Shown piece after piece: positions 24,050-37,540 of a stretch of 64,000 nt of DNA (its first letter is position 1; each line of letters opens with the position of its first letter). The notes under the pieces were generated by a model. It made no database searches. It was not told the DNA's origin and saw only the letters and a list, made by a program, of their open reading frames with translations. Source of the stretch: Camelus ferus (lineage: Eukaryota). The position numbers were made by a program, and so were the translations under genes. Where the stretch lies: positions 57,786,001-57,850,000 of the forward strand of contig NC_045707.1 in NCBI RefSeq assembly GCF_009834535.1, written 5' to 3'.

Positions 24050-25100
24050 GATTTCCAAATCCAATGAACAATTCTGTCTCAAATTTTAAATCCTCAAAAC
24101 CAAATTCCTGACTTTTCCTCCAAACTGTTCCTCCTAACATCTTCCTCACCACAGTAAATGGCAACTCGGTCCTTCCATTAAATCGTATCATTTGACTATG
24201 TTGATATTTGACAAGTTTTGATCACAAAAATGGCAATTCCATATGGTTCTGAAACCTGCAAAATGCTGGGACCTGAACTGGAGTCCTCAGCTCCTCTTTC
24301 TTTTATAATTGACGTTAAATCCATCAGCATCTCCTCTGGCCCCAAGTTCAAAATATTTCCAGCATCTGGTCACTTGTCATACTTTCCTGGGCTACTAACT
24401 TAGTTGAATCCCCTTCAAGTCTTGTCTGTATTACGGACCAGGTCTGTCCTGTGCTTCCCCTCTCCAAAAGTCAGCCCAATAGCCAAAGCAAACATTTTAA
24501 AATGCCAATCAGATCACGTCACTCCTCTGCCTAAAACACACCAGGGCATTACTCAGAAATACCAAGTCCTTGGGACAGGCTCCAGGGCCCTGTGTGACAC
24601 ACCACCACTGTGAGTCTCTGGTCTCTTCTTACCTCTCAGTTTTGTTCACTTTGCTCCGACTAACTAGCCTCCTCTCTCATCCTGAAACACACCAAGCACA
24701 TTCCTACCCCAAGACCTTTACGCTGTTCTCAGACTGACAGGCTCTCTACCCAGACATCCACATGGCTAGTGCCCTCACATCCTCCACATCTCTGACTAGA
24801 TGTCGCTTTGTCAGCGTGTTCTTCCCAGACCACCATAGAGTAATTAGCACACACACCCCCATTATGTTCCTGTTTCCCTTCCTTTCTTTATACGTCTCCA
24901 TACTACACATCACCATCTAACAATATGCTGCGTTATATATTTACATTTTTATTATTTTGTTCTCTGCCTCAAGGCAACAAAATGTAACTACAAAATGTAA
25001 ACTACATAAAGATTGAACTACTTTGTTCGATGCTGCATCCCTCGGAGGTAGAAGAGAGGCTGGCACACAGCAACCCTCTGTAACTACTGCTGGATTAACA
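24050..25100. mobile_element. L2 LINE fragment
   Basis: cagtaaatggcaactc, aaaatgccaatcagatcacgtcactcctctgcctaaaac, cagacatccacatggct motifs. Confidence 0.7.
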
Positions 25101-25229
25101 AGAAATAAATTCATGAGTGAGCACCCAACACAAAGTGTTCTTGAGAATTTTTTTAACCTAAAAATAATCGCTGAGAGCACAATCTGCTATTGCTAGAATC
25201 TGTTCGTTTAATGGCTAAACATGACTTAC

Positions 25230-25347
25230 GGTGGAAGAAATTTACATGCTAGTGCTTCAGGGTCACTGCACGTTTTAAAGCAGGGAGTGGCACAAGGTTC
25301 GTATCTCCATTCACACATCCTCCTGTATGGCACTGCTGCCTGGGTTT
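25230..25347 (-). CDS. OTOGL: OTOGL exon (118 nt, phase 1-2): [38 protein letters not shown]
   Basis: ctccccag|AAACCC...CCACC|gtaagt; vWF-like CEWRY..C motif. Confidence 0.96.
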
Positions 25348-27323
25348 CTGGGGAGAAAAATGAAGTTTAGGTTGCGTACATTTCAATGAACAGCTTGAAA
25401 AGTAATGGATTATGATAGTAGGGTTTGACTTCTCTTTGATTATAACGCGGTGGAAAAGATCGGACGAGGGGGGAAAAAAGCATTTTAGTTGCTTCATGAT
25501 CAAAGCATTTTCATGCTCAGGTTGAATATCAAAATGTTAGTCTATCTTCCAAATATTTAAAAAAGCAAGAGGTGGGAGGAGGCCAAGGAAAATAATAAAT
25601 CTTTCTCCTTTCTTTATGTTGAGTGAGTTTGCGTTGATCAGCATATCATAAAAGTACCAAATACTTGTTTGGAATTTTATTTTTTGCAACATAAATTTTG
25701 TCATGATTCTATTTTATCCTTGTAACCACCTATTGAGAGGGTATTTTTTTCATTTTAAACAATACATTGAGGCTCAGGGGAACCACGGGACTGGCCAAAT
25801 GCAAACAATTAGAAAAATGGCAAGACTAAAGACATATGTGTCCTGACGTCAAACCTAGGGAAAACACTCCACCTTTGTTCTTTTCACGGAACATAGCTCA
25901 CTGTCTTGTACATGGTAAGTAATCTGATTACAAAAATGAGTGAGTAGGTTTTAATAATATACGCATGAAATTATAAAACCTCCCTTCACTGAAGATTTTT
26001 CTCCTACATAGTCTGATACTCTTTTCCCCTTCCCACATCATAGACCAGTCCTTCTGCTGCAGTCCAAACCTATCTCTGAAGAACAGAGCTCCATAAGACA
26101 GAAAGTTCAGAAAACAGGCTGTTTCTTGGACTTTGGATATAGAGTTCAATTTCAAAGTATGGGAAGGAAAATAAGGCTTTCTGGAAGGCATCAATGCATC
26201 TAAACATTACAATAATTGTTAGACCTGGGTTACTGTGATCATGAGTCCTGCGAGAAGTTTGGTTTCAAGTCTAGAATAGACCCCTAGATGTTATAGGTTT
26301 GAGAAGTCTGCAAAGATGAGTTTCTCAGATTATGACGATGCCACTGGCTGCAATTGTCCAAAGCTCAGGTAGGGCCACTGGGTCTGGTTCTAATGGAACA
26401 GATTTCTGTATTGAAGGGGAAATAGAGGCTTGCAAAATTCAACTGTTAAGTAAATTCAAGCAAAAATATCACATTCACTTGGTAGAATGTTGTACAGGCA
26501 TGTCAGTGACTCTTTTTCTTATGAGTTCAGGAACCCCATTCAATAGGCAAAAATTTGAAGCTCAATTTGAATTTCTAAAATCCAAAAACTATGGAGATTT
26601 ACAGACATGTATCCACAACAAAAAGGGCAAATGGTTAACTCTCTTAGATTGACTTAGAAGGGTTGGTTAGAATGAAATAATTTGTTTGGGAGACCCAAAG
26701 CTCCTAGGTTTTGAAAACAAAGCATGACTTTTAAACATGGGATGGAGCAGTGAAGGATTCCTCTCTGAAGTTTAGAAAATTCAATAGCTATAGAACTGCA
26801 AGCATCCTTAGAAATAAGATCAGGTTTGGCTGAATCAGAAAAATCTTCCAGGGGTCAGTGGAACCAGACTCCGTTAGTATTCAAAAGACAAAGAGAAACA
26901 TGTTGTCTTTATCATTAAGAATCAGACTATATGAGAAGTTGCCTTCTATGAAAGAAAAAGTAGATACAAAACCAGACAACAAAAAGACATAGGTAATCTC
27001 TATTTACAAAGTTCAGACAGCACTGAAGGCAATCATAAAACAAACAAACAAACAAAGAAGAACCATTATTTAAGGCTGATCTAAACAATTCACCTCATTA
27101 ACTTATGTAGTACAATAATCCTATAAAATAAGTATTATTATTTCTTCCTTTTTACAGATGTGTAAACTGAGGGACAGAGAGGTTAAGAAACTTATTAAGG
27201 TCATAAAAGGTCATACAACTAATTATACACATTAAAAATGATTTTAAAAATAAAACCTAATAAATATTCTGCCATTATTTAAATTACTACTTAATCTGTA
27301 TTTGAAGATCTCAGAAAACATAC

Positions 27324-27602
27324 CTTCTATGCTGAAGCTACTTAAATGTTTAAATTCTTCAGAATCATCATATTTTGATGCTTTGGCACTGGAGTCTGTC
27401 AATATGATGAAAAAGCCTTTCTTGCTGTACAGCTCAAATGCACTATAACCAGGAATCCAGAGACTCTGATGGTGGAAAAATGTGGCTCTCTGATGAAAGG
27501 CTGAATTCGCCTCCCACAGTTTCAAACTCAGAGTGTCATCATCGTGGACATAGAGAAAGTAGTTTGGCCTTTCAGCAGATTCCAAGGAAACAAGCGCCAA
27601 TG
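27324..27602 (-). CDS. OTOGL: OTOGL exon (279 nt, phase 1-1), AbfB-like domain part 2: LALVSLESAERPNYFL...FKHLSSFSIE
   Basis: ttttacag|CATTGG...ATAGAAG|gtatgt; VSLES..PNYFL and F...ATF motifs typical of the AbfB domain. Confidence 0.97.
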
Positions 27603-29343
27603 CTGTAAAACAGAGCAGTTTGTTTGACAACTCCCCGGGTCCTCTGGAGAAGGCGGATCATCAGCACTGGCATGATAAAAATTCATTTATAAAGTTGACA
27701 AAAATAGAATTGCACAATTGTCATACACAGTTAATGGCAACCCCAAAGATTTTGGAAGTGAATTATAAGACCTCTAAAAGAAAAAGTAGTATTTTAGTGC
27801 AATGTATAACAGTGACAGCTCTTAAAAAAAAAATCACTCTCTGTTAAGGCCTATGTTTTAAATAATTGATTATGCCTTTGGTGGGAAAAAGAAACGTCAA
27901 CTTAGGACCCCGAATCGTTCAATTTCCTACAAGTAATTAAACAATTAATTGGACACATATTTGTACCTGCAAGCTTTAACCTTTTAAAAGGTATAAAATC
28001 TACAAATGGCTAAATTGGATGATAGAAAGGAATAAGAGACTAGAGAAACAGATCAATTCAGACATGTCACTGCATTTCAACATCACTGGGTTCCCAATGA
28101 GCAAATGTTCTTGCAGGTGATTTCACTGCATTATAAAAGGCTAACTGCTCAACATTTTATTGTTAATTTCCCAAAGATGATCAACCAGCTAATGAACAAT
28201 TACAAAGCACGTGGGAAGTGCCATCCTTTTTTGTTACGTGCTTTGAAAGTTTCCCTTATATTTGTAAAACCCACGATACGTTTCTTAATTGAGATTTTAG
28301 ATTTAATTTCTTAGATCTTTATTTCTTTAGGTCTTAATTCCTTAATTTAAATCTATTAGGATTTTTCTGTTAAAAACATTAGCTACTGTAAATCATAAAA
28401 GGAAGGGCTCTTTCAAATCCAATAAACTATTCCAAAAACATTTATTGTGTCCTAAAATTTACTCTGCTAAGCACTGAAAGATGCAGGAAGAATAAAAGAA
28501 ATTTTTATGAGAAAAGATATTTAACTAACATATAAATTAGAACTTCAGACTGTGATTTTCACAGATTAAAAAAGAACCAAAGGAGCTCTTTTTACAAGAA
28601 TAAGGCAATTTATTTTAAATGGAAAATCAGGAGATTTCTCCAAATGAGAGAAAGTTAAGTTGGATTCATTCATTCAATAAGTATTTTCTAAGTTTCTGGA
28701 ACACACCATTCATGGTTCTAAATAGGGCTAGAAGAGTAACAATGTAGCCTGAACATCACAGATCAGAAGAGGACATTAACCACCAGTCAGAACAGGAGCC
28801 AAGTGGATATAATGGGTATAGATCTGCAGCTGCAAACCAGTAAATGTGGGGCCTGGTGCCCAGACAGACAAAGCATCATAAGGATAATAGACTGTTATAA
28901 TGACTATCCAGACTTTGATTTATGCTCCTAATATTTAACTTCTTTGATATCAAATCACAGCTGTTGTCTTTTAGTTTAATCTGGCATTAAAATCTTTCAC
29001 ATGTTAATTATTAATGAACTATTTTTCAAAAATTACAAATTAAGTTCTGTGATTAATACTATGAAAATTTAAGCTGTGCTTTATTTGAGACCAAAAACTC
29101 AATTAAAAAATTGCAATTCTAATTGCATCTATACATGCCAACAGATAAACAAATAAATTATTTTATATGCAAAAGAGATAGCTGGTTCATTTACCATGGT
29201 CTTATTTTATTTCATACCCTTTAGAGCACCTAGAAAAATGTAATATATATACTAGATTCCCCATTTAACATTTACTGCATGAATAAATGAAACAATGTAA
29301 GTGGAAAACTAAATTCTTATTTTCAATTGGAAATTATACTCAC

Positions 29344-29511
29344 ATGATGCCTTCTCTGTGAAAAGGCCCGGAGTGATCATAAAATTAAAAAAGAAATTGC
29401 CATGAATACTACTTCTTGGCAGAGAGAAAACGTTTCTACTGGTCATATTGGCCCCCAGAATAAGGCCACTCTGCCCATAACTTGCCAGCATATATGGTCC
29501 TTCTCCAAGCC
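29344..29511 (-). CDS. OTOGL: OTOGL exon (168 nt, phase 1-1), AbfB-like domain part 1: LGEGPYMLASYGQSG...MITPGLFTEKAS
   Basis: taactag|GGCTTG...GCATCAT|gtgagt; overlaps ORF 29309..29491. Confidence 0.95.
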
Positions 29512-32500
29512 CTAGTTAAATACAAATGAGAAAATTATAAGTTGGCATGGGATTTTTACATTTCAAGCTATCATTTCAATGGAATACATTTTAATAACAA
29601 AAAATAATCTAAAAAGAATTGAGCATTTAAAATTTATCACTAACAAAATAACTGAAATGTTTTCAAAAAGGATATATTATATTGACTTGGAATATACACA
29701 TACATGTTTAAAATATGTAACTTAGAATATTTATATACATGAATGTGTATGTGTAAATGTATATGTACACGTATGTATAGCAACGACGGGGAGAAGGTTG
29801 ACATAAGCTTTCTAGACCTCAGATTTTCTCATCTGTATGATGAAGTCTGTCTAGGTAACCTCCCACTATAATATTACAAGATTGTTATCTACTCTCAGTA
29901 AACTTAAGTTTTGTTCTATCAATGGTCTGGTATTTTGATAGTCTTCTAAAAATCATCTCTCCCTAGTAGGTTGCATTGCATTAAAACATAGTTCACAGGT
30001 ATGATATACAATATTGTACTGTTTGGGGAATTACTGAATTTCATCAGTGAAGGTGTATCTATAAAAATGAAAATAGGATGATGCTGAACAAAGAAGTCAA
30101 ATGTCATTTTACTTATGCTACCATTTCCATGCACTTAAATGGTTCCATATAAAGTAGAAAATACTTACTATAGTAAAAAACCAGTTAATGTAGAACCAAA
30201 CCTGAAACTCGATTAACATAATATTTCTACAAACTTCACCTTATAAAGAAAAGTATATAAATTATTTTTTTAAAGTTCACTGATATTTTTAAAAAGTTTG
30301 TGTTAAGTTGTAAAATAATATGATCAGTTTACCTTCAACCCAATCTCTATAACATTTAATGCTCTAGAATAAGTGAGGTAATGTAAAACTTTGAGGTTTC
30401 TTCTGAATTATCAAAATTAAATTACACAATTATTAGCCATATATTTTTTTACAGGTATATGTAGATATTTATGATGTAGGTTACATAAAATGCTAATTAA
30501 TACAGGTGTAAAAGTGGTATCATAAAAGATCAATCTGGTTGCTCTCAGTGAACTTCATTTTCCCTCTTTTCTCCAATTTTTATCTCAAGGACAGTCTTCC
30601 TTTCCCAGCCCACATTTAAGAGGGAGGAAAAAAAAGATTCAAAGAAATCCACAACCTGGGATTTTTTCTTTTTCAGGATGAAAGCCAGGACTAAGAGAAA
30701 GGGGAGAAGATAACTGGATTTGAGGGTTAAAAACTCCCTCAAATAGAAATGAGACCAAGAAACAAAATTTCCATCACGAGGACCAGGAGAAGGGGCAGGG
30801 ATTCATAGGTCAAGTCATCTTCAAGTGCACCCCCTCCACCAACTCATCAGCTGAGACATCTCACCGCGGAGCCGCTGGGGGCACTTCTAAGCCATGAGGA
30901 AAGAGCTTTCTTGGGAACTCTGACACCTTGAATATAGATAGAGATTTGAAAAACTTTGTCCCCACACCATGACGGGGCTGAACAGATACGGTGGAGAATT
31001 CCTCCACGAGCCTGGCAGCAGTGGACTCCCCACCACTATTACAAATACCATGCACAGTGTTTCTTGATGTGCCAAAATCTACAACAATCAAAGAGAATGA
31101 TATCATTAGCCTCCACTACCTACTAGCTCATTTTCTAGGGAAAACAAGAGCAACATACACTTCCAAGATAAAAATATACCTCGATTTATAAAAGTGTAGA
31201 TTTGTGTCAATCTGTAAATAGTATACAAATATGTAGATAAGCATGTAAATTATGAGGTGCAATCCAAAATGAAGAAGAAATATACAACTACAGCATGGGG
31301 GCTTAAAGTACCCTCACAGATGTCCAAGAGAAGGGGAGAAAGCATACAGACCACTAAACCAAACATTCTATCCCCCACTGCACTAGCGTCTTAACTACAG
31401 CAACTGAGGAGACAACTGTCATCTGAGAAATCCATTTATATAAAAATGGAAAGCTTCTGAATTGACTGCCAGTTGATGGATTTCTTGTGTCTGGAATGGT
31501 TTCCTGCATTTTCACTAGCAACTGAGGTATAAACCTCATTGACTTTAGCACTAATCTTCTTCAAGGTAGAATTACAATTTCACTGTCTATTAAAAGCAAT
31601 CATTTCCTGTAGTGATTAAACACAATATTAAGCAAATCTGATCTAATAAAGTCAGTCTGAGCTTAAAACTTGTATAACAATTTTTAGCAGGATTTTGAAG
31701 TCCTTGCTCCTTACAGCAATAAAACCTTCATATTTTTAGCAAATGCCATCAAAATGAACATGAAGATATTCTAGACAGTCATTGTGTGAAAGATGATTGG
31801 ACTTATCTCAGCAGTATCCTATGAATTTTCCCACTTTAAAAAAAAAATTCCCTCCTACAGAATCACAATTATTTACCTCTGCATTCACTTTGAATAACTT
31901 ATATATCTTAATAACAGTGTCCAGAGAAATATGCCAGTTATGAATGCCCAAAGACTACGTAAGTTTACAATAGTTGTTAAGTTAGTTGCAATGAAAGAAA
32001 TTAAGATAATCATTTGACACAAATTTCTTTTATTACCATCAACAATTTCCACAATTCTTTATTCCACTTCAATGATCTACCTTCATCACATTACTTTTAC
32101 AATCTTTTATTCTCCTTGGCAGGTTGACTCTTCTTCCTATTACTCTGATCATAGGAAACAGAATCTCTGTCTTTCATGGGTCTCATGAAGGGCAAATGCC
32201 CCATGTTCACCCTCTGAGTATTACCAATACAGTGTTAGAGATGAAACTACAATAACTGGTTTGAAGAATCCTGTAACACACTTGAAAAAAGAACCACCAC
32301 TAGAAGTGCAGCAGACTTACTGACAAAAAGCAAAATGTACCAAGCAGCAAGAGGTAGAAATTCAATATTCATAGAAAATTCTGCTTCTGTTTCCAAGGGA
32401 CTACAGAAGGGATGCCAGAAAGTACAAAGGCACAGATGGAGATTTTCACAGCAGAACTGTGTGAGGCAAGAATTCTTAAGTGAGGAAGTTGTTGGAGCAT

Positions 32501-33873
32501 TTTCTCAAATTGACGTCTGTGTATGTTGTGCAGAGCATACGATAATGATGTGCGGTGATCATTCCCAGACTAGGACGTGCTAACCGTCACTAGGCAGTGT
32601 AGCATGGAAGTCAAGCTCATTGGTTCTGAACCTACATTGTTTATGAGTCCTTTCACCACATTTTAGCTAAATGACTTTGACCAAGTTGTTTAATTCTTCT
32701 GCGCCTCAATTTCCTCCTTTGTAAAGTGTTAACTACTACTAATAAAAAGTTATGTCTTTCAGGCATATTTTGAAGTTTAAATTATATGATATAGGTATAG
32801 TTAATACAACAAAAGCTGTTGTTACTATTATGTACTTAACATTAGACAATCAGTCTCATTTTAAGCATCGCGTCCAAAGGACTGATGTGGAGTGGGTGTG
32901 TGTGGGGGTGGGGCAAAGGTGTGTGTTTAAAATCCTGAACAGGAAATATGTTTGGTTTAAATTTTCTTTAATTAACATAGAATTTGCTTAATGTTGGGTT
33001 TTTTTTCACCTCCTCAAACTTCTTTAGACATAACAAAAACATCCACAAGACTAAAATGTCCATTTTCTTTTTAATTCATCATCTCTGTTTTACTAAAATG
33101 TTCTGGCTTTCTTTGTACTTTTATAGCTGACAGATTCTGCCTGGCTTACTAAGTCACCAAAAATACTTTGGATTGGTTGCTTGATTTTTTTTTTTTAATG
33201 GCTCAATTTTCCTATAACTATTACTCTAATCCATCCAACATGGGTCAGAATTTGTTCAGTTACTGACAAAATGGACACCTTCTTGGATCATCTTATTTGT
33301 CTAAATTAGGTTTAAGTGGTTATGCCTTCCTCAATAAATAGGTTTGACAAAAAGCAGGCTTCAATTCTGCTAACGTCTGGCATTTTCACTGAGGATGTAA
33401 TTCTTTGTCTCTTCATCTATGCCTTAGTTTTGGGTAGCACTCCTCTTAGACTTCTCGTTGCAAATCTGAATACTTGAAGGAAACTAGGAGATTTTCATTA
33501 CCACTACTAAATCAGTTAAGTTCTCATTATGACAATACAGAAATAATTATTTTGCCTACAATGATGGCTAAATAAATTCCTTGTATTATTATTGTCACAT
33601 TTAGAGTTCATTTCTTTGATTTCCACAACATAATAAAAGTTTGAATAATATCCATATTTATTCATCTGGTATATGTCTTTCATTCTTTTTACCTAAAAAA
33701 AATTAGCTAGCTTGACTCATTCATTTATTCATACAATTCAAAAACTACTGAGTGCCTCCTAGGTACTGAGGACTTCATTACAAACTTTTTTTATTTTCCA
33801 GGGAGTAAATTTTAACACAAATACTTAGAAATTTAGGTACATTTTAGAAGGCAGTGGCTTTCCTTGGGTCATA

Positions 33874-34088
33874 CAGCTGACACTTGAACAACACGGGTTT
33901 GAACTGAGCAAGTCCACTTACACGCAGATTTTTTTCCATGGTAAATACTACAGTACTACACAATCCATGGTTGGTTGGATCTGAGAGTGCAGAACGGCGG
34001 ATATGGAGGGTGACTATAAGCCATACGTGGATTTTCGATTGTGCAGAGGGTTGGTGCCCCAACCCCTGCCTTGTTCAAGGGTTCACTG
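33874..34088. mobile_element. Tigger2-derived MITE (TcMar-Tigger), complete with TIRs and TA target-site duplication
   Basis: TA|cagctgacacttgaacaa ... ttgttcaagggttcactg|TA; 215 bp. Confidence 0.9.
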
Positions 34089-34193
34089 TATGCCAAATTA
34101 TGAACTATTCCTACTTTGTTCCCTGAGTTGTTTCCTGAATCTTCAGATACATTTAATAGAATACTATAGTGATATTCTTAAAATGTCACATAC

Positions 34194-34220
34194 CTTCATT
34201 GTAATATTCACAATCAAGTG
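34194..34220 (-). CDS. OTOGL: OTOGL microexon (27 nt, phase 1-1): (S)LDCEYYNE
   Basis: Long pyrimidine tract ending cttttag|CACTTGATTGTGAATATTACAATGAAG|gtatgt; CxYYN motif as in gel-forming mucin D3. Confidence 0.93.
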
Positions 34221-34886
34221 CTAAAAGAAAAAAAGAAGAAATATTAGACTACATAAGAATCTGACCACTTACCTGAATACATGCAAAATGTGGTTTATAA
34301 ATGACCAGGTGAAAGAACTCAGAATGACATCATTATTTGGGAATTTTCTCTGAGCAAAAAGGATTCTTTAAGAGTGATGTGTTATAATTCATTAAATTTC
34401 CTAAGATTATTTTATAGGTAGGCAGATATATCTGCCAATTTAGCAATGTCTACGGAGACTGTTAAAATCTTAAGCTGTTCTTCAGATGACTTACTATCTA
34501 CACAAATAAATGAAAAGTTTAAAGAATCAAATCTGAAAGCAAATTCAAAATGATATTTTTTAAACTGTGTTTCTTACAATTGGAACAGTGGAACTTCACA
34601 GCCATAAGAGAAATGGACTCATAAACAATTTCTCCGAGACCGTATATAAATAATTTATAGTTCAAATGTTACAGTGATAGCAGTCAAACACAGAAGAGTC
34701 ACCTCAAAGTTTTCTTTTATAAATCCTTTAGCTATACCACAATTTATCTGATTGTCAAAAGAGTAAAAAATTTACCCATCTTAAAGAAATTCTATTTCCA
34801 TGAGTTCCATAGCATTAGTTCTATGGTAAGACATTGTGGATCTCTTTATGAGGTTCCCACCTAGGGACGATGCTCTGAGTACTCAC

Positions 34887-35043
34887 AACAAACAGTAGAT
34901 GATCTCCAGTGAACTGGTACCCCTTCCTGACAACACTTGTATGCGTACGCTGCGATGCTTGTGCATAAACATTCACAATCCCCACCCAGGTTACAGTTAC
35001 ATGTGTCTTCGTGACAATTTTTGGCAAAAGAAGTAACATCAAT
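34887..35043 (-). CDS. OTOGL: OTOGL exon (157 nt, phase 0-1), C8 domain: IDVTSFAKNCHEDTCNCNLGGDCECLCTSIAAYAYKCCQEGVPVHWRSSTVC
   Basis: ttttcag|ATTGAT...TGTT|gtgagt; overlaps ORF 34861..35076. Confidence 0.97.
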
Positions 35044-35860
35044 CTGAAAATGAAGTGAAAGATAAAGTAATTTCAAAAAGTACTATTACAATCGATTTAA
35101 ATTCAATCTTCTAAAAGAAACTCACTGGGACAGTTTCAAAATTTGCTGTTCTCTGCCTAACACTGCCACCTAGAGTTCTCAGTATCTCAAATCTCTATTT
35201 TCCCAAAGGGGAAAGGAATTTATTAGACAAATGTAAGATCAAAGAACTAGCAAAACAGGGGACTAACAAACAAATATAATTTCAACATCTGCAATACAAC
35301 AGATTCATATTTCGTAGAAGCTTCCAAATGTACTTTTACTTAGTTTTTAATAAGATCTTGAACTATTTTTTAAACTTCCATTGGGACCTAAAATTACTAT
35401 GTCAGAAAGACATTTAGAAAGTTAAATTTCTAAATAAATTACATTCCATCTTGGAATGTGCTTCTAAAACCATTTTAAATGCACCACTGATAATACTTTT
35501 AAACTATACTTTGGGTTAAAGAGAAGAATGCTCATTTGGTGGCATGCTGTGAAAATACAATAAACATTTTTGGCCTTGATCAGTCATTTATGGCTTTGAT
35601 GATGGACATAAAATAGATCATTACAAATATTGTGTAAAAATGTACACTGTCAAATAAGATGGAGTGAGGGAGAACATAAATCAACTAAATGTGTCAAGTG
35701 TACAGAAAAAACAAATTACCAAATTCGTCTTCCTAACAAGGATTTAGGTAGTACACCTGAAAAGCCAATGGGTAGCTAAATTATTTGTCCTGTTTGTCTC
35801 AATATTATACACACAGCAATATCTGTTTAAATTGGAAAGTTTAGTAAAACATTTATTTAC

Positions 35861-35977
35861 CACATTGCTACAAGGAGCAAAAACATCGCTGTACAAAATG
35901 GAGCATTCCTTCTTGGCGTAAGGAAATTTGTTTTGATGTGCCTCGCAGGGTTTAAATGATTCACTTGGGGTTTCACA
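35861..35977 (-). CDS. OTOGL: OTOGL exon (117 nt, phase 0-0): CETPSESFKPCEAHQNKFPYAKKECSILYSDVFAPCSNV
   Basis: ttccgcag|TGTGAA...AATGTG|gtaaat; start of C8 domain. Confidence 0.95.
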
Positions 35978-36419
35978 CTGCGGAAAAAAAGTTCAGGGAG
36001 AAAAGAAAGCTTTTAAAGGGTGACTTCTGAAGCTGAAACTAGGGTAACCTAATCTGACTTCATTCATTACAACCACACCTAATATATTCTCACTCTTTTA
36101 GACGGTCTTTACCTAAAGCACCTGCGCTCGGCCAATTCAGTGTTAAGAGCATATATTATTGTTGACGGCAACTAAATTTACTACTAAAATCATGACAATA
36201 TTAGAGAGTGAAGGTAAATGATGTTTAAATTTTCAAGTGCAGCTTGACATGACTAAAAAAAAATGACATAAACAAATTATTTCCCTTCCTTTAATTTTCA
36301 CCTCTTTCATTTCTGTCACAAGCCATCCTCCGAGGGGTTGCACAGACTCAGGTGCCTACCGGCTCACCTCCCATACACTCAACAGTTTGATCTCTGCCTC
36401 TCCTAATCCACCTCCCTGA

Positions 36420-37540
36420 AACCTCCCTGGGAAAAGTCATCCTGGATCTCTTCGTTACCAAATACAAAGGCAACTTTTCAGTCTTCTCTCACTTGATCTT
36501 TCCCTGTCTTTGATGTTGTTGAATACTTTGCCCTTCTGACGCGTCTCTCGTGTTTTTGGTGGCACCATCTTCTGCTGGGTCTCCTCCTCATTCACTTGGA
36601 TGCTCCTCCCTATCCCCGCCACCCTTGTTTTAAGGCTTCATCCTCAGATCTCCTTTTTTTTTTTCATTGTATACACTTCTCATGGCTTCAGCAACCTGAA
36701 TATATCAGGAACTGCCAAATCCGTATTTTCAGTCCAGATCTCTTTTCTGAACCTCAAAACTTGGACATTTTCACATAAGTATCTCTGTCCTCCCTTCTCT
36801 CTCAAAACATCCTGAACTGTATTTATCTCTACACTGCTGTATCGTCCCCACTGTCCCCTACCACACACTCTCCTCTTTGCACTGCCTCAGCGTCTAACCA
36901 GTAAGCCAGGAAGGTAGGAGACTTTCTTCCCTTCTCCAAATTCATCCTTCCTTATACAGTCTTTCAACAAATGCTGTTGTTTCAAATCTTTGATGTCTCT
37001 CAAATTTGAGTAGTTTTCTAAATGTTCACTGACTTGACATTTCTAGCTAGATCATAAGGGCCTCTTACCTAGCTTAGGGCCCTTAGTCCAGATCACAGCA
37101 CTCACAGCTTACAGCTCTTTATTTTGTGTTCCAGCCATTCCCTCCTTCAGACCTTCCCACCACAGCCATATTGAACTTCTTGAAATTCCTGTTAGGCACC
37201 ATATTCACTCCAGTCCTCCTGACACCTTCCAAAGGGCTGCCCTCTGCTTTACTGTTAAACTCTTTCCCATCATCTTCACTGTTCTAGCTGCTATAAGTCT
37301 TGCAGGATTCAGCTCAATGGCACCTTCTCAGAACCTTCCTCTGACCATCGCGAACTCCATGCTGTATACACCTCTATCAACGCACCTGTCTCATATATTC
37401 ATTGTTAATTTTTCTACCTCATCTACTAACATAGACTTTAAATTCCTTTAAACACAGGCAGTGGCTGTGTTTTAATCATATTGTTTGTTGACAAATCCTG
37501 GAAAATACTGAGTGCTAAATAGAACTTACTGAATGAAAAA
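36420..37540. mobile_element. L2 LINE fragment
   Basis: aaaggcaacttttcagtcttctctcacttgatc, tccagatctcttttctgaacctca; ends in tgagtgctaaatagaacttactgaatgaa. Confidence 0.6.
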
